Assembly: GCA_017469445.1 (NCBI GenBank)
Contig: JAFUGK010000014.1
Coordinates: forward strand, 160,229-224,228
Reading direction: 5' to 3'
Length of the DNA: 64,000 nt
DNA from: Clostridia bacterium
GTDB taxonomy: Bacteria; Bacillota; Clostridia; TANB77; CAG-508
Shown: positions 8,469-18,496 of the stretch, in pieces
How positions within the stretch are numbered: position 1 is the stretch's first letter
Layout: each line of letters opens with the position of its first letter
Translations under genes and position numbers: made by a program
Notes under the pieces: model-generated
What the model saw: only the letters and a program-made list of their open reading frames with translations
What the model was told of the DNA's origin: nothing
Databases searched by the model: none

Positions 8469-10400
8469 TTATTTAGAACGTTTTTCTACTTCTTCTACTA
8501 TCATTTTTACAAATTCATCTACTGGTTTTTGTCCTATGTCACCATCTTTTCTAGTTCTTATTCCAACTGCATTTGCCTCTACCTCTTTATCTCCTAATAC
8601 TAACATGTATGGGACTTTTTCTAATTGTGCTTCACGAATTTTGTAACCAATTTTTTCATTTCTATCATCTAATTCAACACGAATATCTTTTTCTTGTAGT
8701 TTTTCCATTACCTTTTTAGCATATTCTACATGCACATCTGCAATTGGTAAAATCTTAACTTGTACTGGTGCAAGCCATGTTGGAAAAGCACCTTTTGTTT
8801 CTTCTATTAAGAATGCCATAAATCTGTCAAATGTACCTAAAATAGCTCTATGAATTACAACTGGTCTGTGTTTCTTTCCATCTTCTCCTACAAACTCAAG
8901 TTCAAATCTTTCTGGTAATAAGAAGTCTAATTGACATGTAGAAACTGTTATATCATGTCCTAATGCTGTTTTTATTTGTACATCTAATTTAGGTCCATAG
9001 AACGCTGCTTCTCCTTCTGCTTCGTAGAAATCTAATCCTGATTCTACTAAAATTTCTCTTAATTCTGCTTCTGCTTTTTCCCACATTTCATCATCATCAA
9101 AATATTTTTCTTTATCATTTTTATCTCTTAATGATAATCTAAATGTATAATCTTTAAATCCAAAGTCTTCATATACAGAAAGAATTAAATCTACAACCTT
9201 TTTAAATTCCTCTTTAATTTGATCTGGTCTTACAAAAAGGTGAGCATCGTTTTGGCACATTTCTCTAACTCTTTCTAATCCACTAACACTTCCGCTATCT
9301 TCATATCTAAAGTCGTGAGCTAATTCGCCAATTCTAATTGGTAAATCTCTGTATGAACGCATTTTATTTTTATATACCAACATATGATGTGGACAATTCA
9401 TAGGTCTTAAAACTATTTCTTCTTCACCCATTTTCATTACTGGGAACATATCATCTTTATAATGCATCCAATGTCCGCTTGTCTTATATAATGCAACATT
9501 TGCAAGTGATGGTGTATACACATGGTTATATCCCATTTTTACTTCTTTATCTTGAATATATCTTTCAAGAATACGTCTTATTGTTGCACCTTTTGGTAAA
9601 TACATTGGAAGTCCTGATCCTACTAGCTCATGTGTCATAAATAAGTCTAAATCTTTTCCTATTTTCTTGTGGTCTCTTTCTTTTGCTTCTTCTAGTTTAA
9701 CTAAGTGTTCTTCCAATTCACTAGCTTTTGGAAAAGATATAGCATATATTCTTTGTAGCATTTTATTCTTCTCATCGCCTCTCCAATAAGCTCCAGCAGA
9801 ATTTAATAATTTTATTGCTTTTACTTTACCTGTACTCATTAAGTGTGGTCCTGCACAAAGATCTGTAAATTCACCTTGCTTGTAGAAAGATATTTCTTCT
9901 CCCTCTGGTAAATCTTCAATTAATTCAACTTTATATGTTTCATTTTTTTCTTTCATTAATTTAATAGCTTCATCTTTAGGAAGTGTAAATCTTTCAATTG
10001 GTAAATCTTCTTTAATTATTTTTCTCATTTCTTCTTCTAGCATTTCTTTATCTTCATCTGTAAAATGCTTTTCTACGTCAAAATCGTAGTAAAATCCCTC
10101 GTCTATTGCTGGCCCAATTGCAAGTTTAATATTAGGATTTATTCTTTTTAGTGCTTGAGCTAATATGTGAGATGTTGTATGCCAATATGCTTTTTTCCCT
10201 TCCAAATCACTATCAAAAGTATGAATTATTAGTTCACAATCTTCTTTTAATTCATATCTTAAATCTTTAACTTCTCCATTTACAGAAGCGCAAGTGGCAA
10301 CTCTAGCTAGTCCTTCACTTAATTTTTTTGCTACATCTAATACTGTAGCTCCTTGTTCTACTTCTAATATAGAACCATCTTTTAATGTAATTTTTATCAT
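8469..10400 (-). CDS. thrS: Threonyl-tRNA synthetase
   Basis: 643 aa with an N-terminal TGS domain (MIKITLKDGS), the editing-domain HTTSHILAQA, and a class II core (FRYEDSGSVSGLERVREMCQNDAH). It is preceded by a T-box leader. Confidence 0.95.
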   Translation of the reverse strand: MIKITLKDGSILEVEQGATVLDVAKKLSEGLARVATCASVNGEVKDLRYELKEDCELIIHTFDSDLEGKKAYWHTTSHILAQALKRINPNIKLAIGPAIDEGFYYDFDVEKHFTDEDKEMLEEEMRKIIKEDLPIERFTLPKDEAIKLMKEKNETYKVELIEDLPEGEEISFYKQGEFTDLCAGPHLMSTGKVKAIKLLNSAGAYWRGDEKNKMLQRIYAISFPKASELEEHLVKLEEAKERDHKKIGKDLDLFMTHELVGSGLPMYLPKGATIRRILERYIQDKEVKMGYNHVYTPSLANVALYKTSGHWMHYKDDMFPVMKMGEEEIVLRPMNCPHHMLVYKNKMRSYRDLPIRIGELAHDFRYEDSGSVSGLERVREMCQNDAHLFVRPDQIKEEFKKVVDLILSVYEDFGFKDYTFRLSLRDKNDKEKYFDDDEMWEKAEAELREILVESGLDFYEAEGEAAFYGPKLDVQIKTALGHDITVSTCQLDFLLPERFELEFVGEDGKKHRPVVIHRAILGTFDRFMAFLIEETKGAFPTWLAPVQVKILPIADVHVEYAKKVMEKLQEKDIRVELDDRNEKIGYKIREAQLEKVPYMLVLGDKEVEANAVGIRTRKDGDIGQKPVDEFVKMIVEEVEKRSK

Positions 10401-10690
10401 TTTTAAACCTCCCTTTGGACGACCTTTGGCCTGTCCTACATTTTAGCAACAAAAATCCCCTATATAGGACATTGTGCCTATATAGGGGTAAGATATTCTT
10501 ACGGTTCCACCCTAATTTTAACTTCATTTATGATTATAACGTAATCAACGTCTATTTTCATAGAAGACTCCGAGTTAGTTTTTCAAATACGTTTATTTAG
10601 GCTAACTTTCAGCTTATAATTAGCCCTCTCTAAAAACAACCTTTATTTTACTTTTTCTCTTCAACATCTTATATTATCTTACAACTTTTT
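10401..10690 (-). promoter_or_regulatory. T-box riboswitch leader of thrS
   Basis: The minus strand contains an AGAGA box, the conserved T-box sequence AATTAGGGTGGAACCGTAAG (10498-10517), and a terminator, CCCCTATATAGG..CCTATATAGGGG plus a T-run (10451-10488). Confidence 0.85.
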
Positions 10691-10708
10691 ATAGTTTTTG
10701 TCAATAGT

Positions 10709-11818
10709 TTACTTTAGATATTTAGTGTATGAATATCTGTAATTATTACTTGTTTGAGTTAACTGTTTTGTATCTAATTTAAAAGTATATGTTTTATAAT
10801 TTTCAGTTTCATTACCTTCATTTCTCTCAAGAAGAACTACATTATTAGGTAACATTGTTAGAGAATTAAAATTACCTTCATCTGTTAAAATTTGTGTGCT
10901 TTCATCATCACCAAGAAGCATTAGTTGGCCTTCTCCACTTATGTACAAATAGCCATTATTGTACCTTAATATTTCGTTTTTACCTATTGTGCCTCCCCAG
11001 CTTTCTGCTATTCTGGTTTTTTGCTTAGTTTTTAAATCATAATTCCAGTACCATGTCTCGTTATTTTCCAATTTCGTATATAATAATTTATCACCAAATT
11101 TATCTATTACACCTGAATTAGTATCAATAATATTTTCTTCATTTGTTTTCAAATTCATTGCTACTAAACTATTATCATTATTTACATAGTATATAGTATC
11201 ATTTTCATTATCAATTTTAAATATTATATTTTTTACTGTTGCAATAGTTGTAATTTGTTTATCTAATAAGTCTAAACTTAATAATTCGCCATTAAATGTA
11301 TAATAAAGTTTATTGTTATAATATTCCAAATTATCTGTAGTTCCATATCTATATTCAAAAGAATATACTTCACTTGGTTCAATACCATTTTCTAAGTCTA
11401 TCATATAAAATCTATGATATGAATTAGCTGTATTTTCATAAAAATATAATTTCCCGTCAGCATAATCATACGCACCAGATTTAAATTTCATTATATTAGT
11501 TTCTTTTCCATCATTTTTGCTTATTTCTACTAAATTATTCTCCATATCATATTGGCTTCCACCCATTATAGTTTTGCATGCAAAAGCATATGTATTGCTA
11601 ATATTTATCTTTGTTTCATCTTTTACTGTATTTGTTATTGTGTTATCTGTTCCTACTATCTTTGTTCCAATTGAATTATGTTTCTTTGGTTTGTTATTAA
11701 CATCTGATATATGGCTTAAATATATTGCTCCACATATTGTTACTACAACTAAAACAAAAGCTATTACTATAATTGTAAAGGTTCCAAGTCCCATTTTTAC
11801 TTCTTCTTTTTCTTCCAT
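10709..11818 (-). CDS. Membrane-anchored beta-propeller-like protein (DUF5050-like repeats)
   Basis: 369 aa. There is one N-terminal TM helix, followed by repeated LYY/IYY blades (KLYFYENT, KLYYTFNGELLSLDL, TIYYVNNDNSLVAMNL, YLYISGEGQLMLL). Confidence 0.5.
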   Translation of the reverse strand: MEEKEEVKMGLGTFTIIVIAFVLVVVTICGAIYLSHISDVNNKPKKHNSIGTKIVGTDNTITNTVKDETKINISNTYAFACKTIMGGSQYDMENNLVEISKNDGKETNIMKFKSGAYDYADGKLYFYENTANSYHRFYMIDLENGIEPSEVYSFEYRYGTTDNLEYYNNKLYYTFNGELLSLDLLDKQITTIATVKNIIFKIDNENDTIYYVNNDNSLVAMNLKTNEENIIDTNSGVIDKFGDKLLYTKLENNETWYWNYDLKTKQKTRIAESWGGTIGKNEILRYNNGYLYISGEGQLMLLGDDESTQILTDEGNFNSLTMLPNNVVLLERNEGNETENYKTYTFKLDTKQLTQTSNNYRYSYTKYLK

Positions 11819-11886
11819 AATCCTCTTTTCCCCTTTCAGTTATTTTTTAGTATTATACCATATTGTATTAATTTATAATAGCATTT

Positions 11887-11914
11887 TTGAAAAAAATTTT
11901 CCATTATTTATAAT
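11887..11914 (+). promoter_or_regulatory. Sigma-A-type promoter for CDS 12015-12776
   Basis: TTGAAA, a 16-nt spacer, then TATAAT on the plus strand. Confidence 0.5.
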
Positions 11915-11920
11915 AAACAT

Positions 11921-11977
11921 GTGTCCCAGATTGGGAATGATTCCCAATTTGGAAACGTCCCCAATTGGGAATATTTT
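11921..11977. promoter_or_regulatory. Array of three palindromic TCCCA-N-TTGGGAAT-type boxes (candidate operator or 5-prime UTR structure)
   Basis: The three boxes are tcccagattgggaat (11924-11938), attcccaatttggaa (11940-11954) and tccccaattgggaat (11958-11972). A perfect 9-bp inverted repeat, attgggaat-g-attcccaat, lies at 11930-11948. Confidence 0.5.
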
Positions 11978-12014
11978 ATGAAGTAGTTAAATAGATTATT
12001 GTTAGGAGGTTTTT

Positions 12015-12776
12015 ATGATTTACCTAAAGAAAAGCTTTTTTAAAATTGGTTTATTTGTTATTATTCTTATTTCAATTCTTCTTATAAATACAAATGTATT
12101 TGCTATTAAACCATATCAAAAATTAGATTTTTCGACTGGTTTGGTTACTGCAAGTTCCTTAAATGTAAGAAGTGGTCCTAGTACAGCATATAGCACTGTA
12201 ACAAGAGTCAATAAAAATGAATATGTTCGAGTTTTTGCTCAAGTTGGAACTTGGTATATTATTCAAACAGATTCAGATTATATAGGTGCAGTTAGCAAAC
12301 AATATATTAAGCCTATTTATCCAAATACATCTAACAATGCAAGTAATAAAACTACTACACCTAACCAAACCATTACTACAACAAATATTTCTTTAACAGA
12401 TGATGAAAAAGAAACCATAGATTTAATAAATGCAGAAAGAAAAAAAGCAGGGCTAAGCGCTCTTTCTATAGATAATGAATTGCAAAGAGTTGCAAGAATA
12501 AAAGCTCAAGATATGGTAGATAATAATTATTTTTCTCATACTTCTCCTACCTATGGTTCTCCTTTTGATATGATGCAAAGTTTTAAAATAACTTATAAAA
12601 CTGCAGGAGAAAATATCGCAGGGAATTCTACAAATCAAGGTGCTGTTACTGCTTGGATGAATTCTCCTGGGCATAAAGCAAATATTCTAAATAGTAGTTT
12701 TACTCATACAGGCTTAGGAGTTGTAAAAAGCAATAAATATGGAAAGATTTATGTTCAAATGTTTATTGGAAGATAA
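12015..12776 (+). CDS. Secreted SH3b + CAP/SCP (YkwD-like) domain protein
   Basis: It has a signal/TM N-terminus, an SH3_3 domain (SLNVRSGPSTAYSTVTRVNKNEYVRV...WYIIQ) and a CAP domain (INAERKKAGLSAL..., YFSHTSPTYGSPFDM, AWMNSPGHKANIL). Confidence 0.75.
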   Translation: MIYLKKSFFKIGLFVIILISILLINTNVFAIKPYQKLDFSTGLVTASSLNVRSGPSTAYSTVTRVNKNEYVRVFAQVGTWYIIQTDSDYIGAVSKQYIKPIYPNTSNNASNKTTTPNQTITTTNISLTDDEKETIDLINAERKKAGLSALSIDNELQRVARIKAQDMVDNNYFSHTSPTYGSPFDMMQSFKITYKTAGENIAGNSTNQGAVTAWMNSPGHKANILNSSFTHTGLGVVKSNKYGKIYVQMFIGR

Positions 12777-12804
12777 AATGGAGAGGTTTTCCCTCTCCAT
12801 TTTA
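12776..12804. terminator. Bidirectional terminator between convergent genes
   Basis: aaaatggagagg tttt ccctctccatttt perfect hairpin, flanked by A and T runs. Confidence 0.8.
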
Positions 12805-12805
12805 C

Positions 12806-13759
12806 CTATGCAAATATTACATATGAATAATACACCACAAATATTGTAAGCATAATTATTCCTTCTTTTTTATTTATTTTTCTATCTCTTAATCCAAATA
12901 TAAATATTAATAAAGCAGCTAATAGCATTACTGCTAAATCAACCATACTAAATGTTATATTGCTTATTCCTCCTAGCAATGCTACTGGTAATCCTAAAAC
13001 AATTCCTATATTAAATATATTACTTCCTACAACATTTCCTATTGCTATATCATACTCACCTTTTTTAGTTGCTGTAACAGATGTTACTAATTCTGGAAGA
13101 GATGTTCCTAGTGCTACGATGGTTAATGCAACCATTCTTTCGCTTACACCTAATGCTAATGCTATATTAGATGCACTATCTACAACAAAATTACTTCCTA
13201 CAATTATTCCTATTAAACCAATTGCTACAAATAGTAAAGATTTCGGAATGCTATATTTTATTTCACCTTCTTCTGTTTCTGGATCTTTTTTATTTCTCAT
13301 CATACGTATTAAATAATAAATGAACACTAAGAAGAATAGGCAAACTGTAACTCCATCTTGCCTTGTAAAACTATTAGCACCTAATCCAAAGATTGAATCA
13401 TTCATTAAAACTATTAGTAATGTTGATATTAATAATATTATTGGTATTTCCTTTTTTACTGTATCATTTTTAACCGTTAAAAAATGTACCATTGCAGATA
13501 CTCCAACTATTAAAAGTATATTTAGAATATTACTTCCTATAACATTTCCTAAAACTATATCTCCGCTTCCTTTTAGTAAAGATTGCACACTAACTGCAAA
13601 TTCTGGTGCACTAGTACCAAAAGATACTATTGTAAGTCCTATAAACATTGCAGATAATTTAAAATTTCTAGCTAATGATGATGCGCCATCTACAAGGATA
13701 TCAGCTCCTTTAATTAGCATTACAAAGCCAATAATTAATAATATAATATTTAAAAACAT
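12806..13759 (-). CDS. Ca2+/Na+ antiporter family (CaCA, YrbG-like) membrane protein
   Basis: 317 aa. Two alpha-repeats are present (GTSAPEFAVS...GNVIGSNILN and GTSLPELVTS...GNVVGSNIFN). Confidence 0.8.
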   Translation of the reverse strand: MFLNIILLIIGFVMLIKGADILVDGASSLARNFKLSAMFIGLTIVSFGTSAPEFAVSVQSLLKGSGDIVLGNVIGSNILNILLIVGVSAMVHFLTVKNDTVKKEIPIILLISTLLIVLMNDSIFGLGANSFTRQDGVTVCLFFLVFIYYLIRMMRNKKDPETEEGEIKYSIPKSLLFVAIGLIGIIVGSNFVVDSASNIALALGVSERMVALTIVALGTSLPELVTSVTATKKGEYDIAIGNVVGSNIFNIGIVLGLPVALLGGISNITFSMVDLAVMLLAALLIFIFGLRDRKINKKEGIIMLTIFVVYYSYVIFA

Positions 13760-13776
13760 AAATCCTCCATATGTAA

Positions 13777-15504
13777 TTATATTCTAGTTCCTATTATTTT
13801 TTTCATTTCTTCATGTCTTTTTACTTTTTTTGTTGTAGTTTTAATTAGTTCTTCTGAGGTTAATATCATATTTTTTATATGTTTATACTTAGGAAAAGTT
13901 GTATTTACTTTTTTAATTTGTTCCCAAATTATTTTTCGCAACTCTTCTTCTGTTTTTCCAGCATATTTTTCCTCTGCAATTTCTTTGCTATATACCACTT
14001 TAACAGATAAAGTAATATCGTTTTTATCTTCTTCATCCGGCATACCAAAAACCATACATTCTTCAACTAACTCTATTCTATTAACTAATGATTCTAATTC
14101 TTCTGGAAATACTTTTTTACCATTTTTTAGTACTATCATATTTTTATTTCTTCCTGTTATAGTTAGATATCCATCTTTATCTAAATAGCCTAAATCACCT
14201 GTATAGAACCATCCATCTTTTAAAACTCTTTCTGTTTCTTCTGGCATTTCATAATATCCAATCATTATGTTTGGACCTTTTACTCTAATTTCTCCTATTC
14301 CGTTTTCGTCTGGATTCACTATTTCTATTGTATCGTTTATCATAGGTAACCCAACAGTTCCTGGTTTCATATTTAAATAATCTTCACCAGCTATAACAGG
14401 AGATGTTTCTGTTAATCCATAACCTTGTACAGTTTTTATTCCCATATCATTAAATTGTTTTGCAATTTTTGCATCTGCAGGTGCTCCACCAGATACAACA
14501 AATCTTAATTCTCCTCCTAATTGATCTAGGATCTGTTTAAACAATTTTCTTCTCACATCAATATGAAGTTTCATTAAAAAGCTACTTAATCTAAGTGCAA
14601 AATTTATTAGTTTTGTTTTGCCTTGTTTTTCTACTTCACGCATTATTGCTTTGTGAATGCTTTCTATTAAAATTGGTACTCCTACAAATACTGTAACTTT
14701 GTATTCATTTAAATTTTGTTTTATATATCTTAATCCATCTGGAAATACATTTCTTAACCCACAAGCCAATGTCCATACTATGCAAGATGAACCAAATATA
14801 TGGTGAAATGGTAAAAATGCTATATTTGTATCTGTTGATCTAATATCTTCTACACATTGCAATGCATAAATGTTTGAAGCTATATTTCTTTGAGATAACA
14901 TTACTGCTTTAGATTTTGATGTTGTACCAGATGTAAATAATAAAATATTCATTTCATTATTATCTATTTTATTATCTATATATTCTTTATTTCCTTTTTT
15001 TATTATTTCTTTTCCCTTTTTTAATAAATCTGGAATATTAGTGTACCCTTCTATTTTATCCATAGCAATATATTCTTTTATAGAAGTATTGTTTCTTTTC
15101 TTTATTTCCTCTATTAAGTCTAGTAATTTCTTATCAAAAATTATTGCTTCTGCTTTGCTTCTTATTAAAGAGCTTTCTAGTTCTTCTAATTGTAAATCTT
15201 TGTCTAGAGGAACAGAGACCATACTTCCCAAAAGATTACTTAAATGCGTTAATATCCACTCGTATCTATTTTTACCAATTACTGCAACTCTTTTTTCTTT
15301 TAATCCTATTGAATAAAAAGCTGTTCCTAGTGCATTTATATCATCCAAAAATTGATTATATGAAATATCTACATATGTAGTTTTACCTTCTTCTTTATCT
15401 TTCAAAGTAAATGCTGTTTTATTTCCAAATTCTTTTGCAGAATTATATATTATATCTTTAATATTATTAAATTCTTTTGGATTAAAAAGCTTTTTTCTAA
15501 CCAT
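13777..15504 (-). CDS. AMP-binding long-chain acyl-CoA synthetase-like enzyme
   Basis: 575 aa. The AMP-binding signature is LLFTSGTTSKSKAVMLS, with GYGLTETS and TGDLGYLDKDGYLTITGRNK also present. Confidence 0.8.
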   Translation of the reverse strand: MVRKKLFNPKEFNNIKDIIYNSAKEFGNKTAFTLKDKEEGKTTYVDISYNQFLDDINALGTAFYSIGLKEKRVAVIGKNRYEWILTHLSNLLGSMVSVPLDKDLQLEELESSLIRSKAEAIIFDKKLLDLIEEIKKRNNTSIKEYIAMDKIEGYTNIPDLLKKGKEIIKKGNKEYIDNKIDNNEMNILLFTSGTTSKSKAVMLSQRNIASNIYALQCVEDIRSTDTNIAFLPFHHIFGSSCIVWTLACGLRNVFPDGLRYIKQNLNEYKVTVFVGVPILIESIHKAIMREVEKQGKTKLINFALRLSSFLMKLHIDVRRKLFKQILDQLGGELRFVVSGGAPADAKIAKQFNDMGIKTVQGYGLTETSPVIAGEDYLNMKPGTVGLPMINDTIEIVNPDENGIGEIRVKGPNIMIGYYEMPEETERVLKDGWFYTGDLGYLDKDGYLTITGRNKNMIVLKNGKKVFPEELESLVNRIELVEECMVFGMPDEEDKNDITLSVKVVYSKEIAEEKYAGKTEEELRKIIWEQIKKVNTTFPKYKHIKNMILTSEELIKTTTKKVKRHEEMKKIIGTRI

Positions 15505-15621
15505 TTACATTTCATTCCTTTTCTCTTGAATTCTATATACTAATTTTAAAAAGAATTTAGCAATTTTTTTAAATTATATAATAAGACTAAAAAAAAGTCA
15601 TTAGTCTTACTGGTCAGTTTT

Positions 15622-16317
15622 TTAATCTTCTTTTAAATAGTAATGCCTAATTGGTTTTAAATTATCATCTAATTCATAGCAAATTGGGTTTCCAGTTTGA
15701 AGTTCTAAATTTATTATATCTTCATCGCTAACATCATCCAAGTATTTTATTAATCCCCTTAAACTGTTTCCATGTGCAGCTATTATTACTTTTCTCCCTT
15801 GTTCTAAATCTTTCTTTATATCTGAATTCCATAGCACCATTACTCTATTTATTGTATCTATTAAATTTTCTGTTTTAGGTAGTTCATCTGGCTTTAATTC
15901 TGCATACTTAGGATCATTTCCTGGATATCTTGGGTCATCTTCAGATAATTCTGGTGGCTTAACATCTGTACTTCTTCTCCATAAAAGTACTTGTTCTGCC
16001 CCATATTTTTCACGTGTTTCATCTTTGTTTAATCCTTGTAATGCTCCATAATGTCTTTCGTTTAATCTCCAACTTCTTTTTATTTCTAAGTCTGTTTGTC
16101 CCATTTCTTGTAATATATAATCTAATGTATCTTCTGCTCTTTTTAATACAGAAGTATATGCTACATCAAATTCGAAACCTTTTTCTTTTAAAACTCTTCC
16201 TGCTTCTTTTGCTTCATTTATACCTTTTTCAGATAATTCAACATCTGTCCAGCCTGTAAATTTGTTTTCTAAGTTCCACTTACTTTGTCCGTGTCTAACT
16301 AATACTAACTTTAACAT
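15622..16317 (-). CDS. gpmA: 2,3-bisphosphoglycerate-dependent phosphoglycerate mutase
   Basis: [23 protein letters not shown] and AAHGNSLR are present. Confidence 0.9.
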   Translation of the reverse strand: MLKLVLVRHGQSKWNLENKFTGWTDVELSEKGINEAKEAGRVLKEKGFEFDVAYTSVLKRAEDTLDYILQEMGQTDLEIKRSWRLNERHYGALQGLNKDETREKYGAEQVLLWRRSTDVKPPELSEDDPRYPGNDPKYAELKPDELPKTENLIDTINRVMVLWNSDIKKDLEQGRKVIIAAHGNSLRGLIKYLDDVSDEDIINLELQTGNPICYELDDNLKPIRHYYLKED

Positions 16318-16415
16318 TTTAAAACCTCCACTTTTTTTTTTGTTAATATATCACAAATATAAATATTATTCAACAAAAATTAAAGAGGCACTAAAAATGC
16401 CCCTTAATTTTATTG

Positions 16416-16943
16416 CTAATTTGTTACAAATGTTTTTCCTTCTTCTTTTTCTACTAAAGAAGTAACTTTAATTACAGGTATCTCATCTCCAAAAACCACT
16501 TCTTTATCTACTACTCCAATTACTTCAACCCATTTATTTTCTTTTGGGTATTCTCCTTCATATCTAATATCAAGTCCTGCTAATCCGTCTGAGCCACAAC
16601 ACCCTGGTGTATTTCTAACCACTGCATAATATATTTCATTTTCATCTCCATAGGTGTAGATTAAACCTTCCATTTTTATTTTCTTTCCAAGATAGTCATT
16701 CATATTATAGAAAACATCGTTTGTAGCTTCTATAAAAAATCTATCTGTAATAACTATCATGTCACTTGCTTTTTGTGTCGTTTTTTCTTTTTCTTCCTTT
16801 ACTTCAGTAGAACTATTAGCAACTCGTGTATTGCTTTGATCTAGTTTTTGAACTGCTGTATTATTTATATTGGCAAATGTAATTCCTAAAATTGCTACAA
16901 AAGCTATTAAAACTACTACCATAAAAATTTTTTTCTTAGTCAT
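16416..16943 (-). CDS. Membrane-anchored protein with a DUF1980/TIGR03943-like CC-motif domain (possible metal-related accessory protein)
   Basis: 175 aa with an N-terminal TM helix. The C-terminal GKKIKMEGLIY...VVRNTPGCCGSDG resembles the YcgQ-type C-terminal domain. It lies directly downstream of the zinc ABC operon. Confidence 0.4.
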   Translation of the reverse strand: MTKKKIFMVVVLIAFVAILGITFANINNTAVQKLDQSNTRVANSSTEVKEEKEKTTQKASDMIVITDRFFIEATNDVFYNMNDYLGKKIKMEGLIYTYGDENEIYYAVVRNTPGCCGSDGLAGLDIRYEGEYPKENKWVEVIGVVDKEVVFGDEIPVIKVTSLVEKEEGKTFVTN

Positions 16944-16961
16944 TTTTATACGCTCCTAACT

Positions 16962-17783
16962 TTATTCATGTATTATTTTTTCAATAATAGTGAACAATAC
17001 AAAAATTACTAAATTTACAATTACTATCATTGCACCTGTACTTATATTATAAATATATGATAAATATATTCCAATTAAAAATGAAATCACACTAATTACT
17101 GCTGAGCTTATTACTACTCCTTTGAATGATTTAAATATTCTCATTGAAGTTAATGCAGGGAATATAATAATACTACTAATAAGCATTACTCCCATCATTC
17201 TCATTCCAATAACAATTATAAGTGCTGTAAGCACTGCTATTATATTAGTATATCTTTTTGCTCTCAATCCACTTGCTTTTGCAAATTCTTCATCAAATGT
17301 AACTATAAATAATTTTCTATAATATATAATAAATAATATAGCAACTATTATACTTACAATTATACTTAAAATTACATCTGTCTTATTCATTGCCAAAATG
17401 CTACCAAACATAAAGTTACATACATCTGTATTCATTCCTGTTGTAACAGAAGTGGCAGCAACACCAATTGCTAAAGCAGAACTAGCTATTAATGCTATTG
17501 CACTATCACTTTTTATTTTACTATTATTACCAATTTTTAATAATATTATTGCTGAAATTGTTACACATGGAATTGCTATGTATAAAGGAGTTGTTGCCCC
17601 AAATGCTGTAGCTACTGTTAGTACTCCAAATCCAACATGAGATAATCCATCACCAATCATACTATATCTTTTAAGCACAAGACTTACTCCAAGAAGTGCA
17701 GCACATACACTTATTAAAGTACCTACTAATACAGCTCTTTGAATAAATAAATGTGACATCATTTCTGCTATTGTTTCAAACAT
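16962..17783 (-). CDS. znuB: Metal (Zn/Mn) ABC transporter permease
   Basis: 273 aa polytopic ABC-3 family permease. Its start overlaps the stop of the ATPase gene. Confidence 0.75.
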   Translation of the reverse strand: MFETIAEMMSHLFIQRAVLVGTLISVCAALLGVSLVLKRYSMIGDGLSHVGFGVLTVATAFGATTPLYIAIPCVTISAIILLKIGNNSKIKSDSAIALIASSALAIGVAATSVTTGMNTDVCNFMFGSILAMNKTDVILSIIVSIIVAILFIIYYRKLFIVTFDEEFAKASGLRAKRYTNIIAVLTALIIVIGMRMMGVMLISSIIIFPALTSMRIFKSFKGVVISSAVISVISFLIGIYLSYIYNISTGAMIVIVNLVIFVLFTIIEKIIHE

Positions 17784-18454
17784 TAGTTAGCACCTCCCAG
17801 CTTAAAGTCTTGTGGTTTTCCATTAAATACAATTTCACCATTTAAAAGTTCTACTACAGTATCTGCATAATTTAAAGCTCTTTCTACATCATGTGACACC
17901 ATAAATATTGTAATTTTATCTTCTTTTTTTAATTTGTCTAATAATTCGTATATTTGCTTGCTAATAGAAGGGTCTAGCCCATTTGTTGGCTCATCTAAAA
18001 TTATAATATCTTTTGTAGCACATAATGCCCTTGCTATTAAAACCCTTTGTTGTTGACCACCAGATATATTAGCAAAACATTTTTTTCTTATATCATATAT
18101 TCCAAGCTTTTGCATAACATCTTTAGCTTTTTCCTTATCTTCTTTTTTATAAAAAACACTTCTTACATTATTAGATATTGTTCCAGATAAAACAACCTCT
18201 TCTATAGTTGCTGGGAAGTTAGTTTGAATATCACTTTTTTGTGGCAAGTATCCAATATGAGTTTCTTTTATTATTTCCCCTGTATATCCTTTATTTAATC
18301 CCAATATACATTTTAGTAAAGTGCTTTTCCCTGATCCATTTTCTCCAACTATACATGTAAATGTTCCTTTTTCTATATTTAAATTAATATGTTTTAATGC
18401 ATCTTTTTTAGATGCATAACTAAAGCTTAAATCTTTAATTTGTATTAAGTACAT
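17783..18454 (-). CDS. znuC: Metal ABC transporter ATP-binding protein
   Basis: Walker A GENGSGKST, signature ISGGQQQR and Walker B IIILDEP. Confidence 0.8.
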   Translation of the reverse strand: MYLIQIKDLSFSYASKKDALKHINLNIEKGTFTCIVGENGSGKSTLLKCILGLNKGYTGEIIKETHIGYLPQKSDIQTNFPATIEEVVLSGTISNNVRSVFYKKEDKEKAKDVMQKLGIYDIRKKCFANISGGQQQRVLIARALCATKDIIILDEPTNGLDPSISKQIYELLDKLKKEDKITIFMVSHDVERALNYADTVVELLNGEIVFNGKPQDFKLGGAN

Positions 18455-18496
18455 CGTGTATTCCCACCTTTTCTAGAACTACTTTGGATATATTTA

